A stretch of 61,713 nucleotides of DNA, the filler included, from Choristocarpus tenellus KU-1152 (Eukaryota; Protista; Phaeophyceae): assembly GCA_964200185.2 (NCBI GenBank). It is 10 parts of 10 records of this genome, joined end to end, with 100 filler letters (N's around TTAATTAATTAA, not from the genome) between each part and the next. Parts side by side here need not be neighbours in the genome. Positions count along the whole stretch, not along the records: positions 20,825 to 29,893 come from CAXNAD020004023.1; positions 29,994 to 33,596 come from CAXNAD020019008.1; positions 33,697 to 45,383 come from CAXNAD020002183.1; 7 more parts are not named here. One strand, 5' to 3'. Under the pieces are notes generated by a model, which ran no database searches, was not told where the DNA came from, and saw only the letters and a list, made by a program, of their open reading frames with translations. Positions 25,801 to 36,800 of this stretch are shown in pieces (position 1 is the first letter of the stretch; the number at the start of each line of letters is the position of its first letter). The position numbers and the translations under genes were made by a program.

Positions 25801-27263
25801 GAGTAAGCACCCGGTACATCCTCCTTCAACCTCCCACCCGCCTGTGATGTAATCCGGGCTTGGCAAGCTTCTTCACATACAAGGACACTTGCTTGCTCTA
25901 GCACCTCGTCATTCACACTGCTGCAACTTTCCTTAGTAAGTTGATTTCCATCAAGCACACGCAGCTGAGGCACATAGTAATGCACCACCCTACGGCCCTG
26001 ATCCCTTGGAAGCTTGCTCAGCATTAATGTTATGGGGTTGTCGCTCAAATCCAGACTGTTGAGGTGGAATTGTGTAGGGCAGCAGGGGGAAACTGCAAAC
26101 TGTCTGCTAAAGGATGGGATATACATTCAGTGCATGACATGTATACGACTAATGTGTAGATAGTGGCAGCATGACCCTTGGAATATCAGATGACATCCAT
26201 AAAACGATGGTCCTTGGGAATGCATGGGTATGACGAACGGCTGTACAATTTCTCGCAGAAGATCTCGAAAATGCAAATCTCTGATTCATAGGGTCTTTAT
26301 TTTAAGCAAGATAATATTGATCATTGCCAACATATTCCTGGAATGCCTGACAGAACTTTGAAATGGAAGATCAAGCCACCCCTTCCTACGGCGTTCTCTG
26401 ATGTGTTCATTTTAAGAAAGTGAAGAGAACATTGGGCAATTGGTGGGTGGAAAAGAGCAAGTGCATTCGAGGACCAAGTCTTGTACTCCGACTACATTCC
26501 AACTACCAGCAAACTAGTGCTTCCCTTTTTCGCTACATCGATATACCAGCAACAACTGAAGATCTACAACACTCGGGTCAATGCAGCAATTTCACGTTGA
26601 AGAAACGTGAAGATGCCACAGACCTGAACAAAACCTTCGAATAGGGGCCTCTTGTCCTCCAATTGAGCTCCTCCAACTATCTTACCTGTATAACAGAGGC
26701 ACAGTACCGAGAAGCTCAAGTGAAGTCATATTGCCAATACTGTTGTTGGCCAGATCTAGGACTTGAAGCCCTTCGTGGCAAGCGATAGGGGTCAAGTCCC
26801 CAATTTGATTGTGCGGCATGCGCAATTCCCGAAGCCCGGATAGGGCGGAAATCCCATCTATATCACGGATGCCAGATCTGGCAAGCGAGAGAGTGTGCAG
26901 TTGCCGGAGTCCTACGCCCAGGTCACGAAAGCTGGCAAGCTTGCTACCATCCAGCACAAGGGTATGGAGAGATGGAAGTTCCGACCACATGTCCTCCATA
27001 GTCAGCTCTGAGCTGTCAACAAGTAGACGAAGCTTCGTTACATCTTCTAGGTGTCGAGTTCCGGCCAAACGCTGCAATAATTTTGTCACTGTGTCGTGAG
27101 GCATCTCTTCCACAGTAAGGGAGCTTGCAAGCAACGGAACAGTGTCTCTTCTTTGCGCCTCGAAGGGATTGGAGATGGCTGGATGAACATGCTCGCAACC
27201 ATGTGGAGGGGGCACTGGATTGCTCGACCTCCTGAAGTGTTGCTTCTTCTCCATCAGCTCCAT
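22820..27263 (-). CDS. LRRC56: Leucine-rich repeat protein 56-like (outer dynein arm assembly/transport factor, ODA8-like) with long C-terminal extension
   Basis: Phase-compatible GT-AG exons: 27263-26686, 26055-25669, 25504-25385, 24935-22820. LPSLHTLVLDGSKLASFRDLGVGLRQLHTLSLARSGIRDIDGISALSGLREL...LQVLDLANNSI...VPQLRVLD closely follows the LRRC56 pattern as I recall it. The start codon is uncertain. Confidence 0.85.
25032..25269. mobile_element. MITE family A in LRRC56 intron (internal hairpin deleted)
   Basis: GAGTGAAAGCATCTTAGAGGG...CCCTCTAATATAATTTGACTC. Flanks are ATT-A | ... | ATT. Confidence 0.87.
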
Positions 27264-27984
27264 GCGACGCTTTGATTTCACCCCCTGTGATTCACCGCCC
27301 GTTCCCGCCCTCCTGCTCCCAGTTGAGCATGTGGTTAGATGTTGCAGAGTGTTCTTCTCTATCATTCTAACCCAAGCACCCCCAGTAGACTACATCTACC
27401 GAAAAGCTTCATTGCTTTTCTGATACAATATAATTGTGTTACCTCTTCGTACGAACGTTTCGCCGTTACGTTATTTGAAATATGGGTCGGTTGGAAAGAT
27501 ATTGCACGTTCTCTACAAGGAAGTGCACATAGACTCCAAAGAAAAGCACAGGTAACTCAAATCGTACTGCTTGCCTTAAAGGTGGTGGAGGACAATGCTC
27601 TTGTGTCATCCTGCACCCCTGGGAGATGTGGAGCGGGGGTAGAAGTTTGGTGATCAAATTTCTGGACAGGTGTTTTTTCCCCCTCACCTGATTGACTTCC
27701 TATACATTTGTACCACATCCTCTGATCCAGAAAAGAACGTTAACAGTGCCACATCAACGGATTGGGCGAAAAAACGTACTTCTCTTGGCAAGAACTGACC
27801 CGTGTTCCCTTCTGTTGCACGTTCCGGAGTGACAATCATTAACTGACCGTGCGAGGAGCAGGTTATGCAGTCATTGACCTTAGACTGTGAGTCTGTTCTT
27901 GCATTAGTGTCCTAGCTTATACCCATTTTCCCAAGACATGGATCATTAATCCTTGGAGTAAGGTCTGAGATCTTGAAATTTGAA

Positions 27985-28117
27985 AAATAGAGAAATCAAC
28001 ACTCTCAAGCTAATATTGCTACCTTATCCATAGAAATAAGGGTGAATGACAAAAGATGAATAAAGTGGCCTAAATGCGAAACTGTCAAAACCTGAGTACC
28101 TCTTGTTTACTAGAGTC
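27985..28117. mobile_element. MITE family C fragment
   Basis: AATAGAGAAATCAAC...GTCAAAACCTGAGTACCTCTTGTTTACT is homologous to 41530-41655. Confidence 0.65.
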
Positions 28118-29594
28118 TTGCACAGGGTAAGATGGTTTGGAATGCAAGAGGTTCCAAGCTTGCCTACCTCTAAATTGGTTTGATTCCAAGCGCAGAGATC
28201 TACTACCATTATATTCCTGCATTGCAAGACATTGTTGTCTTTGATACTTCCTTCTTGGGAAGTGTGATACCCGCGAAGAAGTTCTTGTAGTGGAACTCCA
28301 CTGAATACTTCAAAGGCATGGATTCTTGTTGAGAACATTTTTTGTGCATGGCCACAATGTTCAGTCCCCTTTCATCACAAAACTTCTTGTTCCGATAGTA
28401 GCCGTCGTCATGCACAAAACACTAGAAAAAAATATGTTCACCGAGCAGAAACCTTACCATGAGCAAACTGGACAAGGGATGTATGCGTGGACCACAATAA
28501 TACAAAATATTTCTAAGTATAACACAAGTAGATAGTATATATTGCCTATCAATTGCATGAGTACCAAAGCGAACCGCCAATGCCCACAAATGATACTCTG
28601 CAAATGCATACTGGGGAAGTCGGCAGGTGGTACGACTGCAAAGTAGTACTTATTATCAGTAGTAGTACCTGTGGTTTGAAGACCAACCTGGCATGGTGCC
28701 TACTCTTTTGAGGCAAAAGGAAGCATGAGGATGAGGATGCAAACTGTCTTGGGCAGGAGGGAAGCAAGAAATAGGAGGCAAACTGGACGAATGAAGTGGA
28801 GTGAACGAGCTCAAATTTTTGGGTGGGACACTGGAAGTACGTACAGAAAGAGGTGAGAAGACTTTTGATCGTGCTTAATTTTGTTTGTATATTATAGCTG
28901 GAGTGATACGGGCACAGTTGAAATGGTCTGGTGGGCACTACTCGGTATGCGTAAACACTCTGTTGGTCAAACAACAACATCGGATGTATTATTAATATAA
29001 TTGTGGAGTGAAGTAATGACACACACTAATTTAGGTATTTTATTCTTCAATCAACTGTGGACATAACTACAGTTACTGCTACTCTTTAGTGGCACAGTTC
29101 AACAGAAAAAAACTAGACAAAATGCTGACAGCACGCTGATTTGAGGACAAATTGGGGGTTCCTGTGAACCAGATACGGGGGGGATCAGCGGATTGATATG
29201 GTGTTAAAAAATTAGATCTATCACCGATATACATACAGTATGTATATACCGAGGGTGGAATGTATTCAATGCATCATACCGCCATTGGTTTCTTTCCCAG
29301 TAGTAAGTCATACTGTTCTACTAACTCCATTGATCTATATTTAGTTCCCAGGACAGTACGTACTCTAGCAACTGCAGATATATCCGAAGTATCCCTATTC
29401 TGTAGTGCCACAGCACATACTCTGGAGCATTATGTATAATTACAAAAGGAGGAGCAAAAACACATACACCAGTATACAATAACTCCATCCCAATAAATAT
29501 GGATGAACATCGTCTGCCCCAGAAGGATTTGCTTAATGCAAAGCACAGCACTCACTATAACACAACACTGCTATGAAATACAAAACAAATTTGA

Positions 29595-29893
29595 GAGTCA
29601 AAGCATTTGAGAGGGTAGGTTCACGTCCATTAGGGGGTCAAAATCCAATGTTGCGATATTGGCGAATTTTGTCTATCGTGTTTGTTAGTAAGTGTCAATA
29701 TCCTTGTTCTGGAAACGCCTTTCATAGTCGTATACATTTTAGGGTTAGGGTTAGGGTTAGTGTTCACACAGAAAAACCGAAAAAGGGACATAAAAAACCC
29801 TAACCCTAAGCCAAAGCCCTGAACGGACACAGGCCCAAAGTATCTGAGGGAGAGGTGGTGGCTGTCCATTTGGGGTCAATTTTTTCATGTCGC
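29595..29893. mobile_element. Variant family A MITE carrying telomeric repeats, interrupted by a family B copy (from 29832) at contig end
   Basis: The A left arm is intact. (TTAGGG)3 lies at 29739-29756 and (CCCTAA)2 at 29798-29809, followed by GGCCCAAAGTATCTGAGGG. Confidence 0.8.
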
Positions 29894-29993
29894 NNNNNNN
29901 NNNNNNNNNNNNNNNNNNNNNNNNNNNNNNNNNNNNNTTAATTAATTAANNNNNNNNNNNNNNNNNNNNNNNNNNNNNNNNNNNNNNNNNNNN

Positions 29994-30132
29994 ATGTTAT
30001 GAAAAGGTCTGTCCTGAACAACGATACTGACACTTCCTTTCAAACACAATAGCCAAAATTACATCAAAATCACAACATTGGATTTTGACCCCTAAATGGA
30101 CGCAGCCCTACCCTCTAAAGATACTTTGACTC
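29994..30132. mobile_element. MITE family A half copy at contig start
   Basis: ...ACATTGGATTTTGACCCCTAAATGGACGCAGCCCTACCCTCTAAAGATACTTTGACTC. Confidence 0.85.
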
Positions 30133-30977
30133 TTGGATGGAAACCAATCTTAGGCTATTAATTACACTCCACCCTCGTGTGCACCGTTACAACTACATTA
30201 CTCACCGAGACCTAGGTGGAGGACTGCATTCAGTACAACAAACACCCGCGTTCCACCCTCCATGGCCGTTTTGTTCTTCTTCCGCACCAGGAACACTGCC
30301 GACAGAATCCCCTTCACCCGTATCCTCCCTATCTGGCAGTCCGTTCCCTCCTTCGTCTTCGTCCCCTCCTTGATGTTCGCGCCCTCCCTCGTCTTCTTTC
30401 TCACGGCCATCTGATGCCGATCTGTTGTTGCTCTCAATTTCTGCGCCGCCGCCATCACAGCCCCGCCCGCTGTGAATCTGTTGGAGGTTGACCTGGTTGA
30501 GTACATCCTGGTATTTCCCATCCCAGGTGGTGAGGTAAGCGCGTAGAGTCGAGTCCTTCTCGAGAATCTAGTAGTGGAGACGGCAGAGGACGTCGTTGAG
30601 GAGAGGAGGGGACGATGGTGACGTCAAAAATGTGATGGTGTAATGGAAGTATGATATATGGAGGAGCGAACAGAGCAAACGATACGGTTGACGTGGTGAA
30701 CATGTTTAATGGAGGCGGCTTGTGGGGCGAAATAGTTTGAAATAAGTCCATGTCAAGGACGCCAATCCTTATGTAGGTTTTTTCAGTGACGCGTGCTGGA
30801 GGAAGAAACGAGGTGGAGATTGACCAAGATCGTTGTCTACAGTTGAAGGAAACGATTGGCTATTCCCGCAATTAGCAACGAAAGACTAGAACTGACAAAA
30901 CAGCAACGTTAGTAGTATGGAAGGCAACTCTGTCGCTCATGATGATGACGAAGACCCACCACCAATCCTACCAAGCA

Positions 30978-32540
30978 TCAACTATTTTTTTCGGTACAAG
31001 CCATTTCAGCCGTAATTACGAACACAGGAGGCGCACTCACGGCTCTGACCCGTTGCAGAGGTTTCATTCCGACTACTGTGGAGATGTTTGCCCTCAGTTG
31101 GCGGACGGGCCCCGGCTCTTGGTCGCTAGATGAAACCTTCTGCAGAAGTTGGGCCACCTCCCTCTTCCTCTCCTCGTAGTGGGGCTTGACCCAGAGGTCG
31201 TGCATACTGCACTTCTCGTATGCGAGTCTGTCCATTTCCCTGGCAGTCCGAGCATCATTCACGTAACGTCCGGAATTCAGAGCGGTTTTGCAACAATCAA
31301 TAAGTGCGGTGCAGAAAAAGACGCTGACAGTGTATTTTACAATTCAGGGGCGCATGGCGACGTATGGGTGCACAGGAGATAGGGAAAAGGTTAAAAAAGA
31401 TAACCGCTGCAACTGCACCATTTACCAGCCTTTGGAGCTCTGGTGTCCACTTCTCCTTGGGCACAATCTGCCTGGTGCGCGAGATAACCATCTCAGACAT
31501 GTGCGCGTCCGATTCGATGTCCTTGTGGTCCCTCACCGTAGGAGCCTTCCCGTAGAACAACTTGTACCTGCTAAAGGAGATTTGCCATGAAGGAAGTCAA
31601 GGAGAATGATGCACAGGTTATGAAGAGGAAAGGGTCGCCACTGCAGCAAATATTCATTACTCGATTGTCGTACTTCTTACTAGACAAGAGCGCACATACA
31701 CAGGAAACACACACTGTTTGTAGAATTACCAGAATACTACGAAGGGATTTTCGTTCGATACAACAATGGCCGACTAAATTCTTCATCGCAGGAGACTCTT
31801 ATTTCACGCTCCTGTGCAATGTGCTGCGACCTGCATAAACTGCGCTTATTGCTGTCTACACGATAAAACACAGTGGCGTTTTGACTTACCTAGCAAGCAG
31901 GTGGATGCATAGCCCCTGCTTGAGAGAAGTGAAGCCGGCAAACTCCTCGCTCATCAGATAGTTTAGTGTGACTGTGTTGCGGTCAATCTGTGGTGACGAG
32001 GTCTCACACATTTCCTTCAGTACCTCGAAGGACTCTGGTCGAAGAGACTTTACGCCTTGCTGCCAGTTTTGTAGAGTTGTTTTCGCCGGAGTAGTAACGC
32101 CCACCTTCGCGATGGGCAGAAAACGGAAAATATTTTGCACCCAGCCAGCGAGGATGAGGCATCGTTATTACCACGCCAACGTGGTACGTATGGGTGTGTG
32201 TGTTGGGGGGGGGGGGGTTCAGGCAACACCGTCGATAAAACAATCAAGGACGCTTTTTATTGCACGTGTGTGGTTAACCACAATACATACTACATGGTCA
32301 CCCGAAAATCAACAAGTTGGTTGACAGGGTATCTAAATGCGGGATAATTATCTCAACTTTGGTTGAATAGCAGGACACAGAGAGATCTCGCAACAGCTGT
32401 AAACTAACTAGAGGAGGAGTAGAGCGCGACCATCCCACCAATGTCGACAACTCTCTCACCTTTTGGTACATTCTGCGGATCTCTGCTAGTGACACTTCTT
32501 TTTTCTTCGTCTGTCGCTTGATAGCTTCTTGGAGCTCGCG
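30978..32540 (-). other. Possible spliced or decayed hypothetical protein gene
   Basis: Several protein-like minus-strand blocks (RELQEAIKRQTKKKEVSLAEIRRMYQK; QNIFRFLPIAKVG...IHLLAR; ...SEMVISRTRQIVPKEKWTPEL; ...DLWVKPHYEERKREVAQLLQK), some ending at GTAAG/GTGAG. No family recognised and no consistent model built. Confidence 0.35.
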
Positions 32541-32807
32541 CTGAAAATATATCTTATAGTATAACGTGCGCTCAACAACACTCTCAGTTGCGTTGTTGAA
32601 TGCTATAAGCATGACGGTGCAGTGGGCGAACGGGACAAGGGTTAGGTGGGAGCGGTCGCGGGACACACGCGGCCTGCGGCACTGAGCAACATGTTGCTGT
32701 GGACAGGAATACCACAAGGGATAAAAAAGATGAGCAACGAAAAGATCCATAATGGGCTGACTGACGATGAACCTAGCAAAGGAAACTCGACAACAACTTC
32801 GTATATC

Positions 32808-33040
32808 AGAATAGTCATCAGGCGATCATGGAACAACGAAAACACTCAACTTACTTCGGTGCTTAGTTGATCAGAATGGTTAGGCGATCATGGAACAACG
32901 TCATGATTATTATCAACTTCTTTGTTGCTTACTTGATGGTAATAGTCATCAGGCGAACATGGATCAACGAGAACACTCAACTTACATTATTGCTTAGTTG
33001 ATCAGAACGGTCAGGCGATTATGGAACAACGAAAACACTC
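32808..33040. repeat. Degenerate tandem repeat, 62/69-bp alternating units (131-bp dimer)
   Basis: Core AGGCGATCATGGAACAACG, or a 1-2 nt variant, at 32820, 32882, 32951 and 33013. Confidence 0.8.
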
Positions 33041-33806
33041 CATCACCCACCGTTGGCAATTGGCCTCTCTTCTGCTTGGTTGAACTCCATGTAGATCCGC
33101 ATGGTGAAAACGCGCTCAGGATCAAACTCTCTCTTCAGCACCGTTATTCTATGGTTTCCGTCCAGTACGCGCCCTTCAATGGCAAACGCATTTTCGGCGT
33201 TGAGCTGATCCACATTACCTATACAGTCTCGCTGGATGACAACACTTGGAGCAAACTGATCCAGCTAGCCTTTCTCCTTTATAGACTTCCTCACGCGTGC
33301 AAGGCCACACTCGCTTAAAGGACGCACTATCTCTGTGCATGTGACGTTTGTGAGTTTCATCTTGTACGAGCTGAGGTAGTGATGCTCTAGGAGCTGGGAC
33401 ATGCCCTTCAGAGTTAAGTCCCACGTTCTCGATCCGTGGGCAGCGCCATCGGCGGGCGGTGTGTTGTTGTTGAGGGAATGTTGGACATGGCAAAGATTGG
33501 GAGGGTGTGATGGGGATGGATAAGTAAGAGGTCTGCGTGGTATCTACAGAAGGGAATGAATTGAAATGAGGACTGAGGCATGGATTAGGCTGTTTTNNNN
33601 NNNNNNNNNNNNNNNNNNNNNNNNNNNNNNNNNNNNNNNNTTAATTAATTAANNNNNNNNNNNNNNNNNNNNNNNNNNNNNNNNNNNNNNNNNNNNTACA
33701 CACTTTGAAAAACACACATGCACACACACCCAGGTGTCCCCATCTACAACACCACACCCCTCTTCCCTTCTCCCTCCCAACCTTCCTGATCTAATGTAGG
33801 CCTTAC

Positions 33807-36800
33807 CACCATGTATTCCTGCACTGAATTTTTCTCCTCATCTAGCTCCTTTTCATATCTGAACTCTAGATCAGATGTCAATCCTGCACTGCCATTTGCT
33901 GACCCACCCTGCTTTATCCCTCTAACAGGCATCTTAGTCATGGGTGACTTTTTTCCTCTCGGAGAGTCTACATAGAAGTTACCAGTCCAGCAGGAACGAA
34001 GGTTTGAATTTCCTCTGCCTTGCCCTCTTGTCTTGCCCCAGCCCCTAGAACTGTGACCAACATCAATCCTTCCACTGTTACTGCCATTATTGTAACCATA
34101 ACCATGACCAGCCGTATCGTCGCCTCTACCCTGCCCATTTTCTGGGTGGGACGCCATGTTTATGTGCAGGTGTGGGTTCTCTGAATGAGCAAATGGGCCC
34201 AGAGCTTTCTTAGTTTCTCCCCAGACAATCCACCGCTTCACTTCATCATGGATCTTAATCGCAGAGCCAAAGAAGATGTAGCCCTGGACGGGGGGGAGTC
34301 AATCGGTCAGAAGAGACAGGGGGTGTTGATGACTGTGAGATCAGGTAAAAACATTAAGCTAACCGTTCCCCAGTGTTTTCCTACCCCTCCTTTCTCCTTC
34401 CTTCTCAGGCCCACACTTTCCCATAAACATACCTTCACTGGCTTCCATACGCCCCCTCCTGTTGTACCTAATTCCTTGGAAACATACTACAATACTAATA
34501 GCATCAACCAGACATTTCACTCTTACTAGTACGCAATACATGCTCACACAACATTCCCCTCGAATGCAGTTACTTCCAATCTGGACTAGCCTTTACCTCC
34601 AGCTCCAATGTCACCATTTGCTTGCGATACAGTTGAAGGACCACACGCTCCTCGAAGGTGCGCATGATGGTACTCCCCTTCACACGGGCCTTGACCACAC
34701 CCGGGATCTTCAAGAATGGTGGGGTTTGCCAAGAAGAACGAGGGAGTAGTGAGCGAGACAAAATTGGAGGCATTCGTTGTCTTGCAGCAAGCTGCACACA
34801 CAGGTTAACGGACAAGCGCTGAGTGCTTTGCTGTTCTCAATGCACAAAATGTGCTACAGAAGTAGCAAATAGAGAGGTAGCCCAACCTCCACCTCAAAAC
34901 TGCCCAAACGTATGCCTCTAGTTATCATGGCTGCCATGTGCACGCACACCTGAGCATAGGCAACAGCGAAAGAAACCATAGCAGCCAGCACCCCTAGCAG
35001 CATGCCCTCTTCTACACCAAGCCACTGCACTGCAGCAAAGGTGAATAAGCATACACTGTACTCCGCTGGCATCATCCTTTGGGTTGTTTGATGGGTGTGG
35101 CAGGTGAGCAAGGGAAGGGTAAGAAGGCTTAGTATGTGTTTGATACGGGCACTAACCAATTTGCAACCCAATTTTGAGTATGAACTAGAATCAGAGATGT
35201 CCCAACCATTTCGCACTCCATTCTTCTATCCCAATCCTTTAGTCCATGACACTCCTCAACCTGCCCTTGCCTACCGCAATACAAATGTCAACCCTTGCAA
35301 ACCAAACACACCAACCCAACCCAATCCTAACTCCAGCACTACTCCGAGTCACTGTCCCCTTGTTAATCAATGTCCCAACTCCAATACCCAGCCCTCAACC
35401 CTTTTCCTGCCCAATCCCAAACCCTAGACCGACTGACTCCTTCCACTTCAACCCACAGCGCAACTTTCCCTGTTGTGACGGCCTCACCTTCTTCTCGACT
35501 CCCAGAGCCACTCTATCATGAGGTCCAAGGATATTAGCACAAGAAGGGACCCAAAGAAGGCCTTGGGTACATAGCTGGTGATGTTTACAGGTAACATGGC
35601 AACTGAAAGGATCATTAACAGCGTCACCACTCCTGCCATGCGTGTCTTGATACCTGTCATAGAGCAATTTGGAGGTTGCCGCAGAAGGTTGAAGCGGGTG
35701 CCAGAGAGTGCAACGGGTATTGGGAGATAAGGATGGGTGTCCCATGATTAGGTACAAAACAACCATGGCCCCATGGGAGTGTGCGGGATGTTTAGTGTGA
35801 TCTACAGGTAGTGGAGATACTACAAAGAGGTCAACAAGTGACTCCTTTGTATACTCCTCATGCTACCCTTGAATGTTTGGGAAAGAGAACCACATTGTAA
35901 GGTATCAGCTTCAGAGCTGTAGGGAAGAAGTGCATGCCCAATTTACGTTTGTGCTTAGGAACTGCTGAATCACCTTCTTGTTCACTTCAAAGCATGTGAA
36001 CTCTGGACAGTCTCATTTTGCAAATTGAGGAGAGATCAAGCTTAGTGCTATGTGCAGCAGTACAGAATGTCTAAGTGAGAGAGGTGTTACCGAATGTAGC
36101 TAGCATGCCTATCAAGGCCAAACACTCCCGGCAACAAGTTCATCTCTTACTCACAATATCAACCTTAATTCCAAAACTGCTCAACAGAGACACAATGGAT
36201 CAAATTGTAAATCCTAAATTCTTTATCGCAGAATAAAACTTGAACCAAACTCCCCATCAATAAAACTCTATTCACTACCAGTATTGTTCATGCCTCAAGA
36301 GCTAGTCCAATTTCCAATGTTCGCAGTGCATCTGATACACCGAGCCTATTATCCACCTACAGTATGTCTTGTCCCAACCCCAAACCTACTTCCTCACTCT
36401 TCAGTCTTGTTTGGGATGATTGAAGATGCCTGCACCTTGAGAGTAATACTATCTCATATCTCCAACCGAGAAGAGTAGATAAAAGTCGCAATAAAGAAGT
36501 ATGGTGACCTCCAAAGAGAGAACTGATATGATTTATTTGCACTATTTACGTTGAAAGCGGTGTCATAGCTCTAGTAGTTATTGCCACGCATCTGCCACTC
36601 TGAACCATTCAACGCATCTCCTTGCCTATCTTCAGGTTTCTTGCCAAATATTTGCAGTTCTGTGGCACTGCAATGCCAACCCCAGAAACTTTAGGACCAT
36701 ATCGTACACCTTGAACAGCCTCTGCCACACCCTATCGAATCTTACACAACAACATTTTCTGAATAGAAGTAAAAAAATCACCCAGCCCAAAGTCCTCAAC

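Noticed and set aside
32808-33040. CRISPR-like repeat/spacer appearance
   Set aside because: The intervening sequences are homologous to each other, there are no cas genes, and the context is eukaryotic.
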